A stretch of 64,000 nt of DNA from NCBI RefSeq assembly GCF_009914755.1, contig NC_060925.1, one strand, 5' to 3'. Position 1 is the first letter of the stretch. Each line of letters opens with the position of its first letter. The position numbers and the translations under genes are program-made. Under the pieces are notes generated by a model that did no database searches, was not told where the DNA came from, and worked only from the letters and a program-made list of their open reading frames with translations. This DNA is from the human T2T-CHM13v2.0 reference genome, Homo sapiens. This document shows, piece by piece, positions 53,051-64,000 of this stretch.

Positions 53051-53959
53051 AAAAGACATCAAACCTTCCAATAATAAGGTGTTGGATCACTCTATGGAAG
53101 AACCTATTTGAGTGTTAGAAATTCTATTAAAATATTCTTGCCTACATTAAACCAAAAGCTGTTCCCTTATAATGTCTATCCACTGATCCTAATATTGGTC
53201 TTTTGGCCAATAGTGAAAAAGAACATGTTTTTTTCTTTACAGTTCTTCGAATACTTTCAGCCTAGAAAGTTTAAGACAGAGAGGACTGGTAATTATGGTT
53301 AGATAATTCTAGATTTACTTCTAAACATCTGAATGCTAGAATATGGAAGATGAGAGGGCATCTTTTGAAATTAGAGACTCATCTGGGGCACATTTATGGA
53401 AATTAAGTCTTTGTATACTATAAATAATTGCAAGAGGTAGACATGAAATATAGGTGGGACTGCTGTGCTTCACACACTCTATCACAAATTGAATTCTAAC
53501 TGGTATAAATCTAGAAACAAACAAACCTGGAGGAGGGCCAGTTAAAGGCAATTAATGACTATACAAAAAGATTGAACAAAGTAAAAATCAGCTACTACAA
53601 TTACAAGATAGATGTCATGAAGTGCAACCATATCTTCTCCTATCTCTCAAGAATTTTCTTGGCAACAGAACTCTGGATTAGATGAACTATATTTCTAAGA
53701 TTTTGAAATTAGAAAGACAAAATGAAAGCCAGAATTACTGAGAGCCAAAAATAAAAATATTCTTTAGACATTTTATATATTTGAATAAACTTGATATAGG
53801 CAGTAATTTTTTAAAGAAGGCTTCATGTGCCATCCTTAACAAGAAAGATAGAATCTCAAAGTTGGAAAGGTCTTTTTGTCTAATAACTTATCAGATGCTT
53901 AAAGACTCTCTACAACATTTATATGAGATAGCTATTGAACTAATATTAAAATATCCAAG

Positions 53960-54200
53960 CATGGCATAATGCAAAGATTTGGATTTTGAGTTTGGAGCTT
54001 TGGGTTTAAATCTCAGTTCAGTAATTTATTAGCTATGTAACTTTGAACTGGTTACTCAATGTGCTCCAGATTCCTAATTTTAAAACCAGAATAACAAAAT
54101 GTATCTTTTAAAGCTGTTTGAGAATTAAATGGAATACCGTAATATGAAATGTCACTTGGCACTATACCTAGTACATAGCAAATGTTCAATAAATGTTATT
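53960..54200 (+). mobile_element. MIR SINE
   Basis: ttgggtttaaatctcag...agaattaaatg...acatagcaaatgttcaataaatgttatt. Confidence 0.65.
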
Positions 54201-55122
54201 TTCCCTCCAGTGACAAAAATCTACTACCTGCCAAGATAGTCTGTTTCCTCTTTGGAAAGCACTGGCAGTGGGTTCTTATACTATGTGGAATTAGTCCAAA
54301 ACTATTAAGTAAATAACACTTAAAAGTTTAATATGTAAGATATTACTTTAAGAAAATATGTTCTTCATTAGCATTTTAACTTCGGATGCCAACTTTATAT
54401 ATATTTCTTAAGCAATTTGTCACTCAGAAATGGCAGAATTTGAGTAATCTTAGAGAAATATGTTACAATCATATTTGACTAGAAGCCTTTAATAACCTAA
54501 TTCATACAAATACTTCCTTGAAACTTTCCCAGAAAAAGCAAGAACAAAAAGTTCTCCTTCTAGTGACTCAGGATTAATTAGGTATGGCAATTATCTTTTA
54601 GGACTACACAGATACTCTTCCTATTTTTATTAACAATTAATAACAAAAAATGGGCATCAGAAATGTTTTGTTGTTTTGTCACAAGACCAAGATTTATAAT
54701 TAATTATTTAAGCCTATAAAACAACCATATAGAAGAAAATTTTTTAAGTCATAAGAAATAATATTATCTATTTTGTGACAATTAATTTAGCACACTCTGT
54801 AAACGAATTCACTTTCCTGGTGTTAATTTAATTTTCCACTTTATGTATGTTATGTAAGTTCATTTGTTAGAGAATATTTTGGCTGGCTTTCTTCATTGTA
54901 AAGAATAAAATTACTTCTAACAAATCTGATTCAAATACAACATGAAGCCTGTTCTTCCACAATAATATTAATTTGAACAACTCAAACTTTATTTGAGGAA
55001 CACAATTACACTTTCCAGCTCAATATCTCTTAATTTACCTCAACTTTTCAAACCTAAAGAAAAACTATCTTCAAGCTATTAAATTATTGTATAATTTAAT
55101 AAGCTTTTTAATAATGAAAAAT

Positions 55123-55407
55123 GGCTGAGTGCAGTGGCTCACACCTGTAATCCCAGCACTTTGGGAAGCTGAGGCGGGTGGATTACTTCAGGCCAGGAGT
55201 TCGAGACTAGCCTGGTTGACATGGGGAAACTCCATCTCTACTAAAAATACAAAAATTAGCTGGGTGTGGTGGCACACACCTGTAATTCCAGCTATCCCGG
55301 GAGGCTGAGGCAGGAGAATCGCTTGAACCCGGGAGGCAGAGGATGCAGTGAGCCAAGATCATGCCACTGTGCTCCAGCTTGGGTGACAGAGCAAGACTCC
55401 ATCTCAA

Positions 55408-55450
<43 letters not shown>
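55123..55450 (+). mobile_element. Alu (S-type) with (AAAT)n tail
   Basis: TSD AATA(A/G)TGAAAAAT at 55110-55122 and 55451-55463. Confidence 0.92.
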
Positions 55451-55770
55451 AATAGTGAAAAATGTTAAGGTCAAATTAGATTGAAGCTATCAGAATAAAA
55501 TTAAAAACCAAATATTAGAAACAATGTTTCTGAGGTCACAAATATACTTTATATTGGATGAAAATGTCATCAATTGTGTTTTCTCTCTTTTCTCTTTTGT
55601 ACAATAGGTTTTATTTGCCAGCAGAAACATCACAAGTAAGTTTAAATTTGTAGTGGATAAGAATTATTCTGATTCCGAGTAACTTGACTATAGCAAACGT
55701 AATCATGGCTAATATGATTCCTAAAAATGCTTACAGCTGATTAAAAAATAAGAGCATAAAATAAGCTTAC

Positions 55771-55815
55771 TGTTTCACCAATTTTTCCAATATTTCCTTG
55801 ATCTCCTACTTCTCC
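55771..55815 (-). CDS. COL24A1: Collagen XXIV exon (45 bp) GEVGDQGNIGKIGET
   Basis: ttttttgacag acceptor, 15 codons Gly-X-Y, donor gtaagc; 45 bp is a canonical fibrillar-collagen exon size. Confidence 0.92.
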
Positions 55816-55963
55816 CTGTCAAAAAAGAATATAAAGTTGCAAAAACAGTTATTTTTCAAACTAGATTATTCATGACAGTTTCAATTTTCCTTTTTAATGT
55901 AATTATCTAGTCATAACCTAGAAAAAGGCAAAGGAAATTTCAGTTACTTAAAACTTTGTTATA

Positions 55964-56054
55964 AGTGGAGCAAACCACCATGGCACATGTTTACCTATAT
56001 AACAAATCTACACATCCTGCACATGTACCCCAGAACTTAAAATAAAAATTTTTA
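55964..56054 (+). mobile_element. Short older L1PA 3' tip
   Basis: gcaaaccaccatggcacatg...cagaacttaaaataaaa; TSD AAAACT(T/C)TGTTATA at ~55950-55963 and 56055-56068. Confidence 0.8.
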
Positions 56055-56116
56055 AAAACTCTGTTATAGTATTTCTATGAAATGTGGCCTACCCTCTATT
56101 TTCATTCAAATAGTAA

Positions 56117-56485
56117 CGTATCAGTCTGTTCTCACACTGCTATAAAGAACTACCTGAGACTGGGTAATTTATGAAGAAAAGAGGTTTAATTAACTCACAG
56201 TTCCACGGTTTAACACCAAGCATGACTGGGAGGCCTCAGGAAGCTTACAATCATGATGGAAGGTAAAGGGGAAGCAAGCACAACTTCACATGTTGGAGCA
56301 GGAGAGAGTGAGAGCAAAGGGTGAAGTGCCACACACGTTTAAACTGTCAGATCTCGTGAGAACTCACTCGCTATCCCAAGAATAGCAAGGCGGAAATAAG
56401 CCCCAATGAGCCAATCGCTTCCCACTAGGTCCCTCCTCCAGTTTGACATGAGAGTTGGGCAGGGACACAAATCCAAACCATATCA
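56117..56485 (-). mobile_element. THE1D/MSTA-type MaLR solo LTR
   Basis: gtatcagtctgttctcacactgctataaag...ccaaaccatatca; 5-bp TSD agtaa/ggtaa. Confidence 0.85.
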
Positions 56486-57364
56486 GGTAATAATCTATTT
56501 TCTTAAAAAATATTCTCCTATTCGTGACTTTTAATCACTTTTATCAATAAAATTTTTAAAAATAAAATCTTTATTGAGGTGTACTCTGTAAAAGGCAGAG
56601 TAGTAAGCACTGTGAAAGATATTAAGAAGAATAAAATTAAAGTCTTTCCCACAGGGATGTTCTATTTGCTCAAATAGAACAGAATACATGCCACAGGTTA
56701 AGTACTAAAGGAGGTCTTAGGAGCAGGCACCCTGTGAACTGGAGCAGCTAGAGCTGGCATCACTGGAGAAGTAATGCATGTTCATAACCTCTGAAACAAA
56801 ATTTTGCAATCCATAAATCTCTGAAAACTCAGTTTTCCACAACTCATTTGGTGGCAAACTTGACCTAACTTGGATTGATTTGGCAGTAAAGCTTATTTTG
56901 TTCTGAATAAGGCCATTTATAGTCTTGATTTATTCCAATTAATCTAAACGTCCTTACATTTCACTACAGAAATATTAATATATCTAATTATGGTATGCTG
57001 TCCCACACCCTTCTGGTAGTGGTAAATAAAATACAGCATATGCAACATATTACTTTTCAAAAATCCAAACATTAATGATTTCAAATAATGGATTATGAAA
57101 CTGTAAGTGGGGCCCTGAAAAATATGTGATACTTAACACTGGTAATGAGAAAGCGTCATTTTTAGTGGTGAGGAATGGCATCAGCAAAGGTATAGATTAA
57201 CGAAAGGTAAAAGATTAAGTTCAAAGTACAACAGAGACTGACTCTAAGAGCAATATACATTTAGTGTACAGAAACAGATTAAATATGTTATGTCTAAAAG
57301 TAATCAATTACTGTCTAAACAGTAATAATTATATTCCAGTGTAGAACAGTAAGATGTTAAGATA

Positions 57365-57662
57365 CTGAAAAATATTGTAGCCAATAATGACATGTGGCTA
57401 CTGAATATTTGAAATAGGCTGGTCTGAATTGAAATGTGATGTAAGTATAAAAAATACATCAGACTTCAAAGACTTTCTACAAAACAAGAATAGAAAACAT
57501 CTCATTAATAATTTCAATATTGATTACATGTTGAAAGGATATAATATTTGGATATCTTGAGTTAAATAAAATATACTATTAAATTAATTTTACTTCTTTC
57601 TTTTCACTATCTAATGTGGCTCATATTTGCAGTTCATGTTGCATTTCTATTGAATAGTGGTG
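57365..57662 (+). mobile_element. MER33-like DNA transposon
   Basis: Homologous to 7630-7925. Confidence 0.7.
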
Positions 57663-57974
57663 ATTTTAAGCACTGAAACCTAATATTCATCATGAGTGAT
57701 CACTGAAATAAACTTTCAAAGTCTACACAAATTTTCTTTTCAGTTTCTGTATGTATTTAGATAAATAGTAAAGAATGAAGCACAGCAGTAGGTTTTAATA
57801 ACTAATTTTAACAGGCAGTTCATTAGACAGCATTTATGGAAAATTTATGGAAGAATAATATATGAATTATTGGTTTTCTAGTATTTTTCCCTCCTTACCC
57901 ATAAGTTACCCTTCTTAAATTCCAAATTTGTGCTACTTAGTTTTAAGGGAGGTTTGTGTTAATAGTCAAAAAGC

Positions 57975-58159
57975 AAAAGTTGTTTGCAGATTACTTGCAT
58001 TCTTACTTTAGTTTTCAGAATCTGAAGGTAAGAAGTTACTTGTCTTTGACGACAATGAAAGAGAGAGAGAGAAGCTATTTCCCCAGGCCTAGAAAGAAAA
58101 CACAGATCTAGGGTTCTATGAAGAGTGTGTCCCTTAAGCAACTCCCCCAGGCAGTGCCA
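57975..58159 (+). repeat. ~190-bp segment duplicated at 60001-60198
   Basis: Colinear similarity, about 80 percent by eye. Confidence 0.85.
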
Positions 58160-59115
58160 GGTCCGAGTTAATAGCTACATGATGTATTGAAACGCAAATT
58201 TCAGTGACAGCTAGGGAGGAATGAACATTACAAAATTTCCTGTGTTTACTAGGTAACACAGAAGCCACCTAGATTTTGGTGTGATTCTAGGGAGAGAAAG
58301 TATATACATAAATGAGATTCCGTTTCTTGCCAGTTTCACTGGATGGTAGCTCACAGTTGGATTTCCTAGCGCTATTTGGCAGTCTAGTAAAGGAGAATTG
58401 TTAATCCCAGGCAAGGAGAATTGATTAAGCCTTTTGTTTGTAAATACTACAATCCTATTTTTCAGAGGACTTTTATATGTAACTTGAGAAAGAGTCAGGT
58501 ACACATATTCTGCCCCAGGATAACTTTAGCCTCATACATACTGATATATTAAAACATACTTCAGCTCATATTTCTTTATCAAGCTTGAAAAGTGTTGTTT
58601 AGCTTTTCGTTAGGTTCCAGCATCATAAAAATGATACATTTAATACAAAAAAATAGCTTCAGGAAACGTAGTAATAATGCTGTGACTATGTCAATTCATA
58701 GTTAAATTTTCAATTTGCAAAACTTACCAATTCTTATAAGCTAGTTTCTTTCAGGTCTCAATTCTGTATGTAATAAACCATTGCATTACTTTATATTTGT
58801 TGGTGTTATAAAAATTATCCAAGACCTTGGAAATAAAGTAAATAGTGAGAGATATATCTTTTTAATATCATAAAGTGATGAAGGTTACCCAGTGATTATC
58901 TAGTGAATATTACTTAGACTCACTGTTTACTAGTGATTAAAAGATCCAGACTTAGTAATGTTATAGAAACTTGCACATTTCTACCCAGTAGAATTGAAAA
59001 CCCCAGCAGTTATGGTTTATTGCCCTGTATGTAACACACAAATCTTATCCTAACATTTCTTTATTAAATCACATACATAGATATAGATACAGATACAGAC
59101 ATAATCACAGATACA

Positions 59116-59356
59116 CAGATTGAGCATCCAAAATCTGAAGATCTGAAATCATAAATGTTCCAAAATCTGAAACTTTTTGAGTATCAGCATGACACTGAAA
59201 GGAAATGCTCATTGGAGCATTTTGAATTTCAGATTTTTGGATTTGGGATTCTTAACTTGTAAGCATGTATAATGCAAATATTTAAAACTCCAAAAAAATT
59301 GGAACTCTGAAACACTTCTGGTCCCATGCATTTCAGATAGGGGATACTCAACCTGC
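59116..59356. mobile_element. Tigger4/MER46-like Tc-Mar MITE
   Basis: TIRs cagattgagcatcc ... ggatactcaacctg. Confidence 0.75.
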
Positions 59357-59530
59357 ATATAAATAGATACAGATATAAAGATATAGATTCTCAGTTGCTC
59401 TTTGTAACAGTTTTAACATCTCACTGGTTCTTTTTAAGTTGATGTGTTCATTTCACATTTGTATGAAAGTCATAATTTTATCTTTCTGAAAATTATATTT
59501 TAAAACTGATAATAAAGTCAGTTGCTTTAC

Positions 59531-59584
59531 CTTTAAGCCTTCTGGTCCTGGTTCACCTGCATACCCCTTTTGACCTGGTTTTCC
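59531..59584 (-). CDS. COL24A1: Collagen XXIV alpha-1 triple-helix exon (54 bp) GKPGQKGYAGEPGPEGLK
   Basis: Minus strand: pyrimidine tract + tag acceptor (59585-59587), 18 codons of Gly-X-Y starting with Gly, donor gtaaag at 59530; phase 0/0. Gene identity from recognising the concatenated peptide. Confidence 0.92.
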
Positions 59585-59734
59585 CTAGAAGAGAACAGCA
59601 TAAAAGAAGAAAGTATATATGTTTAGTCATTCTCATTTTTGAAAGTTTCCTAAGATATATGAAATTTAGACTATTCTTATAAATTTAAATACTTTAAAAT
59701 TATTTGATAAATGTATTTCATCATACTCATTTGC

Positions 59735-62165
59735 CATTCATTCTACAAATATCCAACTGTCTACTATGTGCCATGAACGGTTCTAGATGCAGAGGATCGA
59801 GGACTGCACTGAACATACCTGCCCTCATAGAGCTTGTATTTTAGTGAGAATAACAATGTTTTAAAAAATAAGTAAAATATATAGTATGTTAGGCAGTGGT
59901 AATATGTAAGGTAACAAATCAAGCAGGGAAGGGATATATAAACTGTTGTGGGAGTTTTATTGAAAGTGTTTGTAAGATTCCAGGAAAGAAGCCCTCACCG
60001 AAAAGTTCTTTGCAGATTACTTGTATTCTTACTGTAGTTTTCCGAGAGTCTGAAGGTAAGAAGTGACTTGTCTTTGATGACAATGAGAGAGAGAGAGAGA
60101 GAAGCTATTTCCTCAGGACTAGGGAGAGAAGAGAGATCCCAGGATTCTGTGAAGAGTGTGACCCTTGACCCCTCAACCAACTTCCCCAGAGAGTGCCATT
60201 TCCTGGGGGAGTTGGCAGTTTGGTGGCATTTGAGTAAAGACCTAAAGAAAGGGACAAGTTAAATGGATATCTGAAGGAAAAGTGTTCCAGGCAGAGGAAA
60301 AGGGCCTGTGCACAGGCACTACAGCTAAAATGTGTGTAGTATGTTGGAGGAACCAGGAGAAGCTGAAGAATTGAGAGAAGACCAGTAAAGTGATGAGGTC
60401 AAAGGAAATGGGGGATGAGAAGTCAGGTCATGTAGGGCCTTGCAGGTTGCAGTTAGGACTTTGACTTTTAACTGAGTGAGATAGGAAGCCTCAGACAACT
60501 TTAAGGAGAAAACTGATGAGATCTAAGTTTTAACAGGATCACTTTGATTCCAGGGTAGAAGAAGAGAGTCCAAATAAGCGTCTAGTACAATAATCCAAGT
60601 GAGAGATGATGGGGATGTGAATCAGGGTGGTAGCAGAGTGGTAAGATTCTGGATATAATGTGAAGGTAGAGCTTCCAGGAACTGCTGGCGGGTCATGTGT
60701 GAAACGTGGGAGAAAGAGAAGACTCAAAAATGAATCTCAGGTTTTTAATGTAAGAGTAGCAGACCAAATGAAATGAAGAAGACTGAAAACAGGTTTGGAG
60801 GGTAAATAAGAAGCTAAGTTTTGGACATGTTAGTTTGATATGCTTGTTAGACATCTAAATGGAGAGATCTTGTGGTAGTTATTTATACAAGTCCAGAATT
60901 TAACTGGATCAGTTAAATTCTTTCTAATCAGTAGAAAGATCTGACAGGAAGAAATAATCTTAGAAACCACCAGCATTTTCATTTTGATGGTATTTAAAGT
61001 CCTAGGGTGGATGACCTCATTTAGCCAGTGAGTATAGATAGAAATGAGAAATCCACAGGCCAATCTTTGGGGTACTCCAAAACTTAGAATTTGAAGAAAT
61101 TAGAAAAATATTTAATTTGATGCCAGAAAGTGAGGAGGAAAATCATGGAAGTAAATAAATTGTTTCTAGGAGGAGAGAGTGATCTTGTCAAATTCTGAAA
61201 AATAGAAATATTGAGTAATAAGAGGACTTTGAGGATTGAGAAATGATAATTGGATCCAGCAATACAGAAACCACTGATCGTATTTATCAGATCATTTGTA
61301 TTGTAGTGGTGGGAACAAATGTGGTTTAAGCAGATAGAGGGAAGAGAAAAACTGAAAGAGCATGTATAGACAACACTTTTGAGGAATTTTACTGAAAAGG
61401 GAAAGAAAAAATAGGGTAACACCTGGGAGGGAAACTGACACCAAAAAAGTTTTGTTTTGTTTTTAAGCTAGAAGAATAACAGCAGCTTTATATGCTGATA
61501 GGAATGATTCTGTATAGAGAAAAGAATATGTAGGAGAGACAGAGGGAATTGTTGGACCAGTTATCTTGAGTAGTCAAAAGGACAGGGTATGTAGTAAACA
61601 AGTGGAAGTTTTCCTTAGCTTGAAAAATGGCCTGTTCATCCACAACAACAGGAAAGAAAGCAGAGTATAGATAAAAGAAGGTGGGTAGATGCAATGTCAG
61701 AAAACTGTAAGTTCTCTTCTGGTTACTTCAATCTTCTCAGGGAAGTAGGATGCAAGGCAAAGGCTAAGAATAAGGATGAGAGATAACTGAAAGGAGTTTG
61801 AAGAAACAGAAAGTATAAAGTAATAATTTAGAAAAGCAAAAGAATAAATAGGCTTGAAGATAGAATTCAGAATGTAATCAAAGGAATAATTATAATGTTT
61901 TAAGCAGGATGAGGAATTTGGGATCATAAAGGAGACAAGACACAATGGAAAGGCAGCAGAATCAATGCACTGACATTCCTATTGGGGCTATTAGATTGGA
62001 TAATAAGAGAGAATGTATTAGAAAGAAAGATGGTGGTTGGGGAATGAGAAGTTCAAAATTGAAAATGAGAGGTTGCTATCACTGGTAATGACAAAGTAAA
62101 GGGTATGACTGTAGCAGTGAGTAGCTGAAAAGAATAGAGGATAAGATCACTGGGGGAGAGCAAGT
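59735..62165 (-). mobile_element. Long L2 relic
   Basis: cattcattctacaaatatcc...ctactatgtgcc...ctgccctcatagagcttg... continuing in L2 order; interrupted at 60001-~60222. Confidence 0.7.
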
Positions 62166-62175
62166 CCACAGACGA

Positions 62176-62833
62176 GGTAGCAGGGTATGGTTTCAGGATG
62201 AAACTGGTCCACCTCAGAAGATCATCAGGCATTAGATTCTCATAAAGATCACGCAACCTAGATCCCTTGCTTGCACAGTTCACAATAGGGTTTGCGCTCC
62301 TATGAGAATCTAATGCTGCTGCTCATCTGACAGGAGGTGAAGCTCAGGCAGTTAGATGGTCAATACTTAGTGTCAACTTGATTGGATTGAAGGATACAAA
62401 GTATTGATCCTGGGTGTGTCTGTGAGAGTGTTGCCAAAAGAGATTAACATTTGAGTCAGTGGGCTGGGGAAGGCAGATCCACTCTTAATCTGGTGGGCAC
62501 AATCTAATAAGCTGCCAGTGAATATAAAGCAGGCAGAAACATGTGAAAAGGAGAGACTGCCCTAGCCTCCTAGCCTACATCTTTCTCCCATGCTGGATGT
62601 TTCTCTGCCTTAGATCATTGGACTCCAAATTCTTTAGTTTTGGGACTTAGACTGGTTCTCCTTGCTCCTCAGCTTGCAGACAGCCTATTGTGGGAACTTG
62701 TGATCGTGTAAGTTAATACTTAATAAACTCCCCTTTATATATATCCTATTAGTTCTGTCCCTCTAGAGAACCTAGACTAATACAAGTGGTAACGCTCACT
62801 CCCAGTCCATGGCCTGGGGGTTGGGGACCCCTG
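62176..62833 (+). mobile_element. MER1(B)-like DNA transposon interrupted by an MLT2A LTR
   Basis: ggtttcaggatgaaactg...gcattagattctcataa... and terminal ggttggggacccctg. Confidence 0.8.
62352..62784 (+). mobile_element. MLT2A (HERV-L) solo LTR
   Basis: gatggtcaatacttagtgtcaacttgattggattgaagg...ccctctagagaacctagactaataca. Confidence 0.85.
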
Positions 62834-63813
62834 CTATATTGGATTTTATTGCTGTTGTCAATTAAGACATGCTCTTATATTTTTTCTTCTTAAAGTGAAA
62901 CAGAACAACTCTCTGGCTCCCATTCTGTTTTTACTACACATAAAAGCTTTAGCCACTTACAACTATATTTAAGACTTCTAGTCAAAACATTCTAATTTTT
63001 GCTTTTGACTGCTCTAAATTATCGAATCATTTCCTAACAAGCAAAAAGCAAAGCAAAGAACTGAAAACCATCCTATTATTATTAAATATCAATTGTTCTC
63101 TACTTAATTTAGATATACAGAACAAGAAATATAGTTAAGAACCTGAATTATTAGATTTTTTCTATGATATTTATAAAACCAATTCTATTTTTATTTCCAC
63201 TGGTTGGTAAGAGCCTTAATGAGTCATTCCTTTCATCTTTAATAATACTCTTTCAAGCACTGTGTAGTACATTAAGATAGAGTTATACATATTTACATTA
63301 TGGAAAGAATCTCACTGGAATCTGGTATCAGCACATTTTCAAAGTCTTTGAAATCAAGCATTTCAGAATATCAGTAACAGAATCATAACTTCTTGTCCTA
63401 CTTAAATTCTATCATATTGTATTGATTTTGAGAGTGTTATACTTGAACATCTAATACTAAAATCTTATTTTCACATCTAAAAATAGGAACGATATCTTGC
63501 AAAGTTGTTTTCAGGATTAAAGATGATTCATATACTTATAGCAATACTAGGTCCCAAATTGATATTCAACAAATAGCAACAACAATAATAATTAATATTA
63601 AGACTGTGTAGACCAGAGTTGAATATGGTTCTCCTGTTTTCGAAGGAAGTAAATTTTAAATAAGATCAATTTTATTGGGCTCAAATACCAGTTTTTCTGT
63701 TAAATAATTCTCACGAAAAATAAAATGAAAACTCTTTTTTTTCCCCCAATGGGATATAGCAATATATGTGCTAGTAAGGTAAAAATGTGAAAGAAATAAT
63801 CACAGTCTTTTTA

Positions 63814-64000
<187 letters not shown>

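Noticed and set aside
60539-62283. Cluster of 60-112-aa minus-strand ORFs
   Set aside because: They lie within a decayed L2; low-complexity hydrophobic translations with no exon structure.

Overview
Human (primate) genomic DNA, AT-rich and dominated by transposon relics; nothing prokaryotic. The minus strand carries six small phase-0 Gly-X-Y exons (54, 45, 54, 54, 54, 54 bp). They splice in frame to GKPGQKGYAGEPGPEGLK-GEVGDQGNIGKIGET-GPVGLPGEVGMTGSIGEK-GERGSPGPLGPQGEKGVM-GYPGPPGVPGPIGPLGLP-GHVGARGPPGSQGPKGQR, which I recognise as part of the triple helix of collagen XXIV (COL24A1). Most of the window is one 49.5-kb intron (6305-55770). It holds two head-to-tail full-length LINE-1s antisense to the gene: a decayed L1PA5-like copy and, 198 bp away, an intact L1HS Ta-1 element with ORF1, ORF2 and a 15-bp TSD. 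The intron also contains ERV-L/HERV16 relics, solo LTRs, a Ricksha MULE, Alus (one a perfect AluYc1), MIR/L2 and MER elements. Most notable observations: (1) the L1HS antisense ORF0 is a long 114-aa form that crosses a strong donor exactly in phase 0, predicting an in-frame ORF0-collagen XXIV fusion driven by the L1 antisense promoter; (2) a ~110-bp patchwork insertion at 30.5 kb built from a fold-back copy plus fragments templated from 1.6 kb upstream and 0.85 kb downstream; (3) a young-L1 conversion-like tract inside the old L1; (4) several local duplications. Repeat subfamily calls come from recalled consensus features, not a database search.
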